Shown here one piece after another: positions 6,704 through 15,494 of a stretch of 48,596 nt of DNA; position 1 is the first letter of the stretch; each line of letters starts with the position of its first letter. The notes under the pieces were generated by a model, which saw only the letters and a program-made list of their open reading frames with translations, did no database searches and was not told the DNA's origin. This DNA comes from an uncultured Candidatus Saccharibacteria bacterium (GTDB taxonomy: Bacteria > Patescibacteriota > Minisyncoccia > Phycocordibacterales > SIBU01). The position numbers and the translations under genes are program-made. The stretch lies in contig CAYHDB010000003.1 in assembly GCA_964355335.1 (NCBI GenBank), forward strand, positions 1 through 48,596, written 5' to 3'.

Positions 6704-8798
6704 ATACGAGAAATTTTCAAAGGAAGAATTGATTGCTCTTGCAGAAAAGCAAGACAGTGAGCTTGCGTCTAAGAAGTATGGCTTGGTTTGGGATGCGGAA
6801 CGAGAGCCTGAGCAGGTGGTTTTAGATTGTGGACATAATTTGCCGATTCTGAAACGAGTAAAAGGAAAAGAAATAAAAACAGACAAAAACGAAGATAACA
6901 TTTTGATTGAAGGCGATAATTACCATGCGCTGACAGTTTTGAATTACACGCATCAAGAAAAAATTGATGTAATTTATATTGACCCGCCGTATAACACAGG
7001 CAAGGCAAAGGAATGGAAGTATAACGATAAGTATGTGGATGAGAATGATGGATATAAACATAGCAAGTGGTTAAATCTGATGGAAAAGAGGTTAAATCTT
7101 TCAAGAAATCTCTTAAAGGATGCTGGAGTCATTTTTGTTTCGGTTGATCATCATGAAGTTTCTCAACTTAAACTTACTTTGGATAGGATTTTTAATGAGA
7201 ACAATTTTGTAGGAACATTGATTTGGAGAAAGAAGGAGGGTGGAGGTCAAGCAGATGCTCATTTTGTAACGGAACATGAATATGTACTCGTGTACGGCAA
7301 GTCAGAGAATTTTAAATGGATCGATGAGGAAATTCCGATAGAAGAAGCAGAATTCAATAAAGAAGATGAGGATGGTAAATTTACGGCGGTCAAACTAGCA
7401 AAATGGGGAAATACTGCACGAAGAGAAGATCGCCCTAAGATGTATTTCCCAATAAAATCACCGGACCAGAAGAATTTCTTTCCAATTGCCCCAGATGGGG
7501 CTGATGGTCGTTGGCGTGTAGGAAAGAAACGAATGGAGATGTTAGTTGAAAAGAATTTGATTTATTGGCAAAAGAAAGCAGGGAATTGGCTACCATATGA
7601 AAAGGTATATTTCACCGAAGGCGAGGTAAAAAAGATAAAGGAGAGAAGCATCCTGTTCGATCTTGCCACAACCGCTGATGGTACCAACGAACTTACAGAA
7701 ATCTTTGGAAAGAAAGATGTTTTTGGCAATCCAAAACCTACTGATTTAATAAAATTTTTCTTACAATACGGTGCAAAAGAAGACGCTGTGGTTTTGGATT
7801 TTTTTGCTGGTTCGGGAACTACTGGTCATGCGGTTCTATCATTAAACAAAGAGGATTCTGGAAATCGAAAATTTATTTTATGTACAAATAATGAAGTTAA
7901 TGGAATTGAAAAAGAATTAAAGGAAAAAGGCTTAAGTGAAAAAGAAGTTCAGGAGCATGGGATTTGCAGAAAGATTACCTATCCCCGGCTAGAAAAAGTT
8001 ATCAAAGGTTACAAGAAAAATGGTAACGGTGAAAAAGTCTCGGGACTTGGTGGGAATTTGCAGTATTTTAGAACAGCGTTGGTTAAGGATACCAAGAACA
8101 AAGACCAGATGCGGGTTGATTTGACCGACAAATGCACCGAAATGTTGTGCGTCAGAGAAAACATCTTTAATCTTGAAAAAGAAACCGAGGATTACAAGAT
8201 TTTCTTTTCAAACAAAGGAGAGAAGTTTTTGTGCGTTTATTACAACCTCTATGACGGCAGTTTCCAAGACTTCTTGAAAGAAATAAAAAAGCTCAAGGGG
8301 GAGAAAAAGATTTATATGTTTTCAATGGACGGCAAGACCAACAAGTCTCTTTTTGTCGATGTGAAGAATTTTGAGATTGAAGAAATCCCGCAAAAGATTA
8401 TTGAGGTCTACAAACAGCTGGTGAAGATGAATATACCGGTCAAGGCCGATGTTATTTTCGTTGAATTCGATAAGGCAAACAAGAAAGTATTTGAAGATAA
8501 GGATAAAGACGAAGGTGCACGAAGCTTGCGTATCGTGCTTGAAAAGACGATTCAAAAAATCGCCCAAAAAAGCGGCGTGAGTATCTTTAAAGAAAACTCA
8601 AAGGAGGAGAAAATAGCGGTCTTGAATGACACACTGAAGAGTAATAAAGTATTTACACAGGTGCAGTGGGAGGAAAACAAAACCTATTTAACTATTGGCA
8701 ATCAGGCGTCACACGGAGAATATAGTGAGTACGACTTGAAGCAGGTTGAGAATTTTTATAGACACATCCAGACACTTTTAAATATCTTCAATATATAA
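6696..8798 (+). CDS. mod: Type III R-M Mod subunit (N6-adenine MTase) with a C-terminal HEPN/DUF4145-like extension
   Basis: LIEGDN, IYIDPPYNTG, PKPTDL, LDFFAGSGTTG. Extra ~120-aa tail ending GNQASHG. Confidence 0.9.
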   Translation: MSKYEKFSKEELIALAEKQDSELASKKYGLVWDAEREPEQVVLDCGHNLPILKRVKGKEIKTDKNEDNILIEGDNYHALTVLNYTHQEKIDVIYIDPPYNTGKAKEWKYNDKYVDENDGYKHSKWLNLMEKRLNLSRNLLKDAGVIFVSVDHHEVSQLKLTLDRIFNENNFVGTLIWRKKEGGGQADAHFVTEHEYVLVYGKSENFKWIDEEIPIEEAEFNKEDEDGKFTAVKLAKWGNTARREDRPKMYFPIKSPDQKNFFPIAPDGADGRWRVGKKRMEMLVEKNLIYWQKKAGNWLPYEKVYFTEGEVKKIKERSILFDLATTADGTNELTEIFGKKDVFGNPKPTDLIKFFLQYGAKEDAVVLDFFAGSGTTGHAVLSLNKEDSGNRKFILCTNNEVNGIEKELKEKGLSEKEVQEHGICRKITYPRLEKVIKGYKKNGNGEKVSGLGGNLQYFRTALVKDTKNKDQMRVDLTDKCTEMLCVRENIFNLEKETEDYKIFFSNKGEKFLCVYYNLYDGSFQDFLKEIKKLKGEKKIYMFSMDGKTNKSLFVDVKNFEIEEIPQKIIEVYKQLVKMNIPVKADVIFVEFDKANKKVFEDKDKDEGARSLRIVLEKTIQKIAQKSGVSIFKENSKEEKIAVLNDTLKSNKVFTQVQWEENKTYLTIGNQASHGEYSEYDLKQVENFYRHIQTLLNIFNI

Positions 8799-8801
8799 CT
8801 C

Positions 8802-11171
8802 ATGACCAAAGAATTAAAAGGATATCAAGAAAAAGCGGTAGACAAGCTCGTAGCAAGAACGAAGGAGCTTTTTCGAGACAAATCAGATAAGCGGGCCATT
8901 GTTTTTCAAGCCCCAACAGGGAGCGGTAAAACATTTATGATGTCGCAGTATATTGCGCAATTGATTGATGAAATGAAAGATGAAGATCTTTGTTTCTTGT
9001 GGCTAAGTCCGGGGAAGGGAAAGTTGCATGAGCAGAGTTTCAAATCGCTTAAAAAAGAGTTTGCCGGTTTCCCCGATGTTTATCTTTTGGAAGAAGAGTT
9101 CTTTGGGTCGCGCAGAACAATAGATAAAAATGAAGTGGTGGTAGGTAACTGGGAAAAGCTGAGTAACAAAGATGGAAAGACAGGTGAGTGGAAATCGAGG
9201 CTTATGAAAGATAAAGAGACGGTGAACTTCCGCGAGCTTGTTATCAATACGAAGAAAGCAGGCATAAAAATCATCCTGATTATCGATGAAAGCCATTCTC
9301 GCGATAAAGCGGAGCGAGCTTTCGAGTTGCGTGAAGAGGTTATCAATCCTGATTTAACGATTGAAATGAGTGCGACACCTATTTTGCACGAAGGGCAATA
9401 TAACGAGAAAGTGACTGTAGAAGCGAACGATGTAATTGAGGAAGGGATGATAAAAAAGGAAATTATTATCAATGAAGATATTGATACGATTGACGACGAC
9501 GAGATAACTTCGCAAGAGTTGGTGATGGAAATGGCATATCACAAGCGGCTAGAACTTAAGAAGGCCTTTGAGAAAGAGGATATTAATATCAACCCGCTTG
9601 TGTTGGTGCAGATTCCTGACAGCGATGCTGGGGATGACAAGAAAGAGTTTGTCGAGAAATTCTTAGGGCAGAAAGATATTAACAAGGATAATCACAAATT
9701 GGCGGTTTGGCTGACGGATGAGAAGGTGAATCAAGAGGCCGAACTTATAACCAAAAATGATGATGGTGCGGAGTTTTTGATTTTTAAAAAAGCTGTTGAT
9801 ACCGGTTGGGATTGCCCGCGTGCTCAGATATTAGTGAAGTTCCGCGAGACGAAAAGTTTGGTTTTTGAGATTCAAACCGTCGGACGCATTTTGCGCATGC
9901 CGGAGACTATTCATTACAAAAATGACGACCTCAATCGTGCCTATGTATACACCAACGTTAAGAGTTTTACCGTTGCACCAGAGAAATATAATCCGAATAT
10001 CATCAAGTCTATTTTTGTAAAGCGAGAACCTATATATAAACCTTTAGAACTAAAGTCGTACTATCGGAACAGAATTGATTACGGGGATATCACCTTTAGT
10101 TTCAATGAAGTTCTCGAGGAAGCATTTTGTGAATACTTCGGCATTGAGAGAGGTGTCTTTACTGCGGGAATGGGAGAAAAAAACAAAAAGAAGTTGAAAA
10201 ATAAGAAAGTTGAAATTGATAGTTTAGAAGGTAAGGATGAAATCATCTTAAATAAGCAAATTGACGCAAGGTTATTTGATCATCTTTCTGATGAAACTAT
10301 AAAATCAAGTGAGAATTTTCAGTCCCTATTGTCTGCAGACGATAAAGAAAGGGCTTTCGAAAATGTTATAAAAGAAAATCTAAATGGTTATGCACCAAAA
10401 AGGTCGCTCTCGATAGTAAAAAGCGCCCTGTACAATTGGTTCAAAAGATATATTGGTATCAATTTGCGCGAAAACGGTATCATTTATGTTCAAAACGTGA
10501 TACTTAACAACGCCGATATCTTTGGAAGACTTTTTGATCAAGCGGTTCAGGGGTATCAGCCGATAAAAGATAAAGAAATAAAAGAAAAGATTAAGGAAGT
10601 AGAAGAGTGGAATGCTAATTGGGAAATTGCAGAAAATAGAAATTATAATCCCAATACGTACAAACCTTACAAGTACAATTTATCCGTGTACAAGCAACCT
10701 CGCGATAAAAAGGTGTATCTCAGTTTTGATAGTAAAATTGAGGAAGCTTTTATAGACTTGTTGGAAGAAAACGAAGATAAGATTACATGGTGGTGGCAGA
10801 ACGGCAATGAGCATATGGCATTAAACTTCGGTATTAAGTATGGTGACGCCTCAACATTCCAGCCAGATTTTTTGGTAATGTTTAAAAATGGAAAACTGGG
10901 TATATTCGACACTAAGGCTAGCGGGCAAAGAGAAGAAGAAAATAAACTAAAGTCTGAAGCGCTTCAAGAATATATAAAGGAAGAAATCAAAAGGGGGAAA
11001 AAGGGAGTGTTATTCGGTGGATTGGTAATTAAGGAAGGAAACCATTTCAGGATAAACAGTGATGATGTCTATCAACCGTTCGCACCAGTAATAGGAGTCA
11101 AAGAAAAAAGTGTACAATATGGCGCGAAGGGAAAGAGTCAGGGTTGGCAGTATTTTAAAGATTTAATTTAA
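8802..11171 (+). CDS. res: Type III R-M Res subunit (SF2 helicase + PD-(D/E)xK nuclease)
   Basis: APTGSGKT, IIDESH, SATP, GWDCPRA, QTVGRILR and C-terminal PDFLV...DTK. Starts 3 nt after the mod stop. Confidence 0.9.
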   Translation: MTKELKGYQEKAVDKLVARTKELFRDKSDKRAIVFQAPTGSGKTFMMSQYIAQLIDEMKDEDLCFLWLSPGKGKLHEQSFKSLKKEFAGFPDVYLLEEEFFGSRRTIDKNEVVVGNWEKLSNKDGKTGEWKSRLMKDKETVNFRELVINTKKAGIKIILIIDESHSRDKAERAFELREEVINPDLTIEMSATPILHEGQYNEKVTVEANDVIEEGMIKKEIIINEDIDTIDDDEITSQELVMEMAYHKRLELKKAFEKEDININPLVLVQIPDSDAGDDKKEFVEKFLGQKDINKDNHKLAVWLTDEKVNQEAELITKNDDGAEFLIFKKAVDTGWDCPRAQILVKFRETKSLVFEIQTVGRILRMPETIHYKNDDLNRAYVYTNVKSFTVAPEKYNPNIIKSIFVKREPIYKPLELKSYYRNRIDYGDITFSFNEVLEEAFCEYFGIERGVFTAGMGEKNKKKLKNKKVEIDSLEGKDEIILNKQIDARLFDHLSDETIKSSENFQSLLSADDKERAFENVIKENLNGYAPKRSLSIVKSALYNWFKRYIGINLRENGIIYVQNVILNNADIFGRLFDQAVQGYQPIKDKEIKEKIKEVEEWNANWEIAENRNYNPNTYKPYKYNLSVYKQPRDKKVYLSFDSKIEEAFIDLLEENEDKITWWWQNGNEHMALNFGIKYGDASTFQPDFLVMFKNGKLGIFDTKASGQREEENKLKSEALQEYIKEEIKRGKKGVLFGGLVIKEGNHFRINSDDVYQPFAPVIGVKEKSVQYGAKGKSQGWQYFKDLI

Positions 11172-11214
11172 TTCGCTTTCCAGAAAAGTTCGCACGATTC
11201 AATCTCAGGGAATA

Positions 11215-11460
11215 GGGGTCAGGTATCTTTAATTTAAGGGTATCAGGTACTCTTTCCTAAAATAAAGTTTGACCTCGTCCTATCCCCGCCGCAAGCGGTT
11301 CCCTCCCGGACTCGGCGGGGTATTAGGCGAGGCAACGGGGCAAACTTTGTTGTAGAAGAGTCGGCTCCGCCGACACATCTATGTCGTTGCGGATTCATCT
11401 CCTCCGCAGTCACAATAAAAATGGTCCCTTCGCTCTTGTAGAGCTTCGGTGGGACAAGTA
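11215..11460. repeat. Cluster of short REP-like palindromes
   Basis: GGGGTCAGGTATCTTT (x2, degenerate). Long hairpin CCTCGTCCTATCCCCGCCG/CGGCGGGGTATTAGGCGAGG. GTCGGC-TCC-GCCGAC. CCTTCGCT..AGCTTCGG..GGACAAGTA, also present at 47807. Confidence 0.65.
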
Positions 11461-11470
11461 GAATAGATTT

Positions 11471-11569
11471 ATGAGCATGGGAAAAAGGAGAAAAAAGTAT
11501 GAAGAAAAAAACTATGAATATTATATGGAAACGACACTCCGCTCAGCGGGTCGCCCAAGAAGGGTATAA
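11471..11569 (+). pseudogene. Possible C-terminal remnant of a REP-associated tyrosine transposase (RAYT)
   Basis: 32-codon ORF ending METTLRSAGRPRRV, resembling (from recall) the LETTLRPRGRPRK tail of RAYT-like proteins. Flanked by REP-like palindromes. Confidence 0.35.
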
Positions 11570-11616
11570 CTACGACATGCTTTTCAGTAAAGTATCGTGA
11601 CTGTCCCCAATATCTC

Positions 11617-11673
11617 CAGTTAGAGAGATTAGCAAAAGCGCTTGGTGCTTCGGTTGATAAATTGTTAAAATAA
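11617..11673 (+). pseudogene. C-terminal fragment of an XRE-family HTH regulator
   Basis: QLERLAKALGASVDKLLK* is a typical XRE last helix. It lacks a start and is cut off next to the left inverted repeat. Confidence 0.6.
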
Positions 11674-11678
11674 CAATT

Positions 11679-12656
11679 ATGAAAAACTTCATAAAACTAC
11701 TAAGGCAAAAAACTATTGAGAAACCTCTCTTTTACATACCATATGTATGCTTAGCTTTAGCATTTATTTTCCTCACGTTTGCCAGTTATGGAGTTCCGTT
11801 GTTGGCCATGATTTTTAATTCAATAATCTATTTCATTCTGATTATTGCTCTTCTTTTTTCAAGTCTGTATTTCCAAAAATTATCAACAAAACTGGTTATT
11901 GGAACTTGGTTACCGATTCTTCTCGTTGGTCTTTTTATATTTAACCCCAGTGCTTCCGCGGGTTCTCCTGCCGCATTATTTTATATTCCAATTATTGTGG
12001 TTGCGTACTATTTATTGATCATTAGTGAGTATTATTATTCAGCAACATTTTCAAAAGCATATTTAGTTATATTTTATATTATTCTGACTATTTTTTTAGT
12101 AAATAGATACTATAAGGAGATTCAATTGCATATGAGGTACAGCAAAATTCAATCAGCTGTAAATTTATCGACGATTACTCCCGATGTTGGATTACGTGAA
12201 TGTAAAAGTATAGAAAGTAAAAATGATCGTGATTCTTGTTACGCCAGCATAGCAAATCTATTTTCTGGCAGTATGGATATAAAAGGATGTCGGCTCATTC
12301 AGCAATATGATGCTGACTCCTCTGCGCGTTGTCTTGGGAATATTGCTAAAGTGACAAAAGATATAAATTTATGCCAAGAGTCACGTGATTTGTCCGAAGG
12401 CTATTGTGTACCACAATTTATGAATGCGTGCTTTCAAAATTTACCTCAAGCAATCGCTGTGTGTGACCTTATTCCTGAGAGTACTCGTCAAACAAGTTGT
12501 TTTTCTAGTGCCCGATTAGAATTTGGAAACAAGAGTGATTGTGCCAACCTTCGTGACGATTATCAAAGAAGGAGTTGCGTAGCTTCTTTTGAAAATCAGG
12601 GAGTCGATTTCGATTACTGCCAGTCTTATGGGGGGTGGTTAAAAGATTTCGAATAG
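11679..12656 (+). CDS. Multi-pass membrane protein with an extracellular Cys-pair repeat domain
   Basis: About five hydrophobic segments, then repeats such as CKSIESKNDRDSCYASIA and CANLRDDYQRRSCVASF. AT-rich. Confidence 0.8.
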   Translation: MKNFIKLLRQKTIEKPLFYIPYVCLALAFIFLTFASYGVPLLAMIFNSIIYFILIIALLFSSLYFQKLSTKLVIGTWLPILLVGLFIFNPSASAGSPAALFYIPIIVVAYYLLIISEYYYSATFSKAYLVIFYIILTIFLVNRYYKEIQLHMRYSKIQSAVNLSTITPDVGLRECKSIESKNDRDSCYASIANLFSGSMDIKGCRLIQQYDADSSARCLGNIAKVTKDINLCQESRDLSEGYCVPQFMNACFQNLPQAIAVCDLIPESTRQTSCFSSARLEFGNKSDCANLRDDYQRRSCVASFENQGVDFDYCQSYGGWLKDFE

Positions 12657-12815
12657 CATAAAACTTGCTCTAAGCACCACGCTCGTGAAGAAGGGAATGG
12701 GGACAGTCACGATTAATCATTAAATACTGTGGCGTAATTTACTGATGCCGTGACCTTCCCGCGTTGATACGGGGGCTAGGGTCAGACTGCCTGTAGTTCA
12801 TGCTACAATTTTGGG

Positions 12816-13280
12816 ATGAAAGTATTTGTGGAGAGTGAAGCCGAGTCAAATCAGAAGAAGCTTTACGATGAGAAGACACTCGTATATAAGCGGACAATGT
12901 CCGTTTCTCGTCCGTACCCGTATCCATACGGTTTTATACTTGGTACAACAAATATAGATGGCGACAATCTTGATTGTTTTATCATTACCGATACAAAACT
13001 TGAATCGGGGAAAATATATGAATGTGAACCCATTGGCCTTATGGAACAAATAGAGACAGCATGGGAGCCCGAGAAGAAAGGTGTAGAGGAAAATGACCAT
13101 AATATCCTTGCCGTACTTTCCGAAGAGAGCCGGGAAATAGACGAATCGGTCAAAACAAAGCTGACCGAATTTGTATCTCACGTGTTTGACCATGTTCCGA
13201 ATCATAAAAACAGAGCCGGACAATTTTTGGGAAAAGAAGAAGCGCTGGAGGAAATGAGGAAGTTAGCAGATCGAGGATAG
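12816..13280 (+). CDS. ppa: Inorganic pyrophosphatase family I
   Basis: YPYPYGFILGTTNIDGDNLDCFII (DxDxLD motif) and END.NILAV. Confidence 0.85.
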   Translation: MKVFVESEAESNQKKLYDEKTLVYKRTMSVSRPYPYPYGFILGTTNIDGDNLDCFIITDTKLESGKIYECEPIGLMEQIETAWEPEKKGVEENDHNILAVLSEESREIDESVKTKLTEFVSHVFDHVPNHKNRAGQFLGKEEALEEMRKLADRG

Positions 13281-13293
13281 AAATACGACTTCA

Positions 13294-13325
13294 CCGCTGC
13301 TCTTTACTTGGGTAAAGAGCAGCGG
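13294..13325. repeat. Perfect 14-bp-stem palindrome (terminator or REP-like)
   Basis: CCGCTGCTCTTTAC-TTGG-GTAAAGAGCAGCGG, with no strong U-tract. Confidence 0.75.
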
Positions 13326-13422
13326 GTATCAGTAAATAGTGCATGTTTCAGTATAAAATGGATGTCATGATTATCAACACGCTATGTTTGATTTATTGAC
13401 ACACATACGATAGGCTTAAAGT

Positions 13423-14097
13423 ATGAGTACCAAATATGCACCAATTATAAAGGCGCTTCGGACGAAGCGCGGCCTTTCGCAACTTCAGGTAGCTCTAAAA
13501 CTGGGGATGTCCCGGTCTTCCTATATCACGGTTGAGCAGGGCAAGAAAGAATTGACTGTAAGTGAGTTTGAAAAGCTTCCCGCAATCCTCGGGGTTTCGC
13601 GCGAAGAACTTGAAGGTGGGGAGACTCCCAACTACGAAAAATACAAGCAAATGGTATTGGCTTTTTTGCGGCATGATAAAAAGGTTCCAAAGACAAAGCT
13701 GGCGAAACTTGTTTATCTTGCGGACGCCGGTTGGTTTTACTATCACATGCGGAGTATGAGCGGAATGTCTTATAGAAAATTGCAGTATGGTCCGGTGGCA
13801 GACCCCTATTTCAGAGTTATTGATGATTTGTATGAAAACGGACAGATTGATATTGAGCAAAGAGAAGATGGCGCCATGCTTATATCAGAGACTCGGGCGG
13901 GCGCGAAAAACGCTTTGACGGAAATTAAAAAAGAAGAGTCAAAACTGATACAAGATATCGGAACCAAGTGGAAGGGAAAGAAAACAAAGGAAATCGTCGA
14001 GTTCACGCATAATCAACTTCCATATTTGTGCGCGAGCGAGAATGAAATTATTTCTCTCGGTTTGATAACCCAAGAAGACCCGAATGAGTATTACTGA
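13423..14097 (+). CDS. XRE HTH + DUF4065 (SocA/Panacea-type) antitoxin
   Basis: N-terminal HTH (LRTKRGLSQLQVALKLG), KTKLAKLVYLAD, YGPV and THNQLP. Confidence 0.85.
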   Translation: MSTKYAPIIKALRTKRGLSQLQVALKLGMSRSSYITVEQGKKELTVSEFEKLPAILGVSREELEGGETPNYEKYKQMVLAFLRHDKKVPKTKLAKLVYLADAGWFYYHMRSMSGMSYRKLQYGPVADPYFRVIDDLYENGQIDIEQREDGAMLISETRAGAKNALTEIKKEESKLIQDIGTKWKGKKTKEIVEFTHNQLPYLCASENEIISLGLITQEDPNEYY

Positions 14098-14482
14098 TAC
14101 GTATGAAGTGTTTTTTGAGCCGTTTACGGAAAGACATTTTATAAAAACATTCGCCAGAAAATACAAAGGTGCTTGGAATACCACGCTTTCATTCTTGAAA
14201 GAAGAGTTTAAGTTCTTCAACGTGCTGGCCGGTAAAAGCATCGCTGAAATCATTGTAGATTCCATAGACATAAAGATTTGCAAAACCGAGTTTAAAATTT
14301 CCGGTACACGGGAGTCACGGCACGGTTCCGGCAACAGGTGCATTGTCGCTATTCATAAAAAGGCCTGCAAAGTTTGTGTTTTGCTTGTGTATAGTAAAAG
14401 TGATTTAGGCAGTAACAACGAAACCGCGAGTTGGAAAGCGCTGGTAAGGGAAAATTATCCCGACTACGCCGAAATGGTATAA
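14084..14482 (+). CDS. Putative RelE/HigB-like toxin
   Basis: Overlaps the antitoxin by 14 nt. Basic beta-hairpin region SRHGSGNRCIV and the ending LLVYSKSD resemble RelE-superfamily toxins. Confidence 0.6.
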   Translation: MSITDTYEVFFEPFTERHFIKTFARKYKGAWNTTLSFLKEEFKFFNVLAGKSIAEIIVDSIDIKICKTEFKISGTRESRHGSGNRCIVAIHKKACKVCVLLVYSKSDLGSNNETASWKALVRENYPDYAEMV

Positions 14483-14489
14483 AGGTTTT

Positions 14490-15400
14490 TCAAATTGATT
14501 TTGGAAAAAAAGACAAATTTATCAAACTGAGATATAAAAATGAGAAAGATAATTATGAAGGTTGGGGCTGGGGTGGCGATATTGTGCGTTGGTATTTGGA
14601 TGGGGGCGTTATTTAATAAAGATTCAGCACCCGAGGCTTCTCTTTACTCAAGTAAAGTGGAGCAAACGGCGTCGGTTGGCGCGGGCACGCAGAATAGCGG
14701 AAATGCGAGTTCAAGCACCACACCTTCTGCCTCCGGCATTTCCCCCTCAACTGAAGGGGAGAGGGTGAAAGTCGTACGAGTTGTGGATGGCGATACGATT
14801 GAGGTTCTGATAAACGGCAAAACAGAATCGGTGCGTTATATCGGTATTGATACACCAGAGACGGTTGACCCGCGTAAACCGGTGCAGTGCTTTGGTGTGG
14901 AAGCGTCAAAAAAGAATAAAGAGTTGGTAGAAGGCAAAATGGTGCGTCTGGAAAAAGATATTACTGATAGAGATAAATACAAACGTTTGCTCCGATATGT
15001 CTGGGTTGACGATGCTCTTGTGAACCTAGTTCTGGTGACGCAAGGGTTCGCCAAGTCCTATTCCTACCCACCGGATGTGGCATATCAAGACCTGTTTTTA
15101 ATTGCTGAAAAGAAAGCCCGTGAAGATAAAATGGGGTTGTGGACCGCGTGTGGCGGTGTAGCTCCAGCCGTTTCTACCACACCTAGCGCCTCCGCCTCGG
15201 CTTCCAATCCTTCTTGTACGATAAAAGGCAACATTAGCGCGTCAGGTGAGAAAATCTATCATATGCAAGGGTGTGGTTCGTACGCAAAAACGCAGATTGA
15301 CGAAAGCCACGGGGAACATTGGTTCTGTTCTGAGTCAGAAGCTCAAACTGCGGGATGGCGCAAGGCATTGAATTGTCAGTGATTATCAAATTGATTTTGG
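14490..15400. repeat. 15-bp direct repeats TCAAATTGATTTTGG flanking the thermonuclease gene
   Basis: Identical copies at 14490-14504 and 15386-15400, each a few nt after a stop codon. Confidence 0.75.
14540..15382 (+). CDS. Exported thermonuclease (SNase family) with a C-terminal Cys/His domain
   Basis: N-terminal TM, VVDGDTI, VRYIGIDTPE, DKYKRLLRYV and C-terminal IKGNIS..KIYH..GC...WFCSE.EA. Confidence 0.9.
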   Translation: MRKIIMKVGAGVAILCVGIWMGALFNKDSAPEASLYSSKVEQTASVGAGTQNSGNASSSTTPSASGISPSTEGERVKVVRVVDGDTIEVLINGKTESVRYIGIDTPETVDPRKPVQCFGVEASKKNKELVEGKMVRLEKDITDRDKYKRLLRYVWVDDALVNLVLVTQGFAKSYSYPPDVAYQDLFLIAEKKAREDKMGLWTACGGVAPAVSTTPSASASASNPSCTIKGNISASGEKIYHMQGCGSYAKTQIDESHGEHWFCSESEAQTAGWRKALNCQ

Positions 15401-15494
15401 GGATTGGGAGGAAGGAGAAAGTGGAAAGGTTAAGTGATCCTAAAAACTAGTACGTTTCGGGCGAGGGGAAGGAGAAATATGCTACAATTTTGGG

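Larger units (their letters stand above)
11594..12713. mobile_element. 1.12-kb unit bounded by 16-bp perfect inverted repeats
   Basis: ATCGTGACTGTCCCCA (11594-11609) and TGGGGACAGTCACGAT (12698-12713). No target-site duplication evident. Confidence 0.55.

Noticed and set aside
6696-8798. Phase-variable mod (phasevarion)
   Set aside because: No simple-sequence repeat tract was seen in the gene or its promoter.
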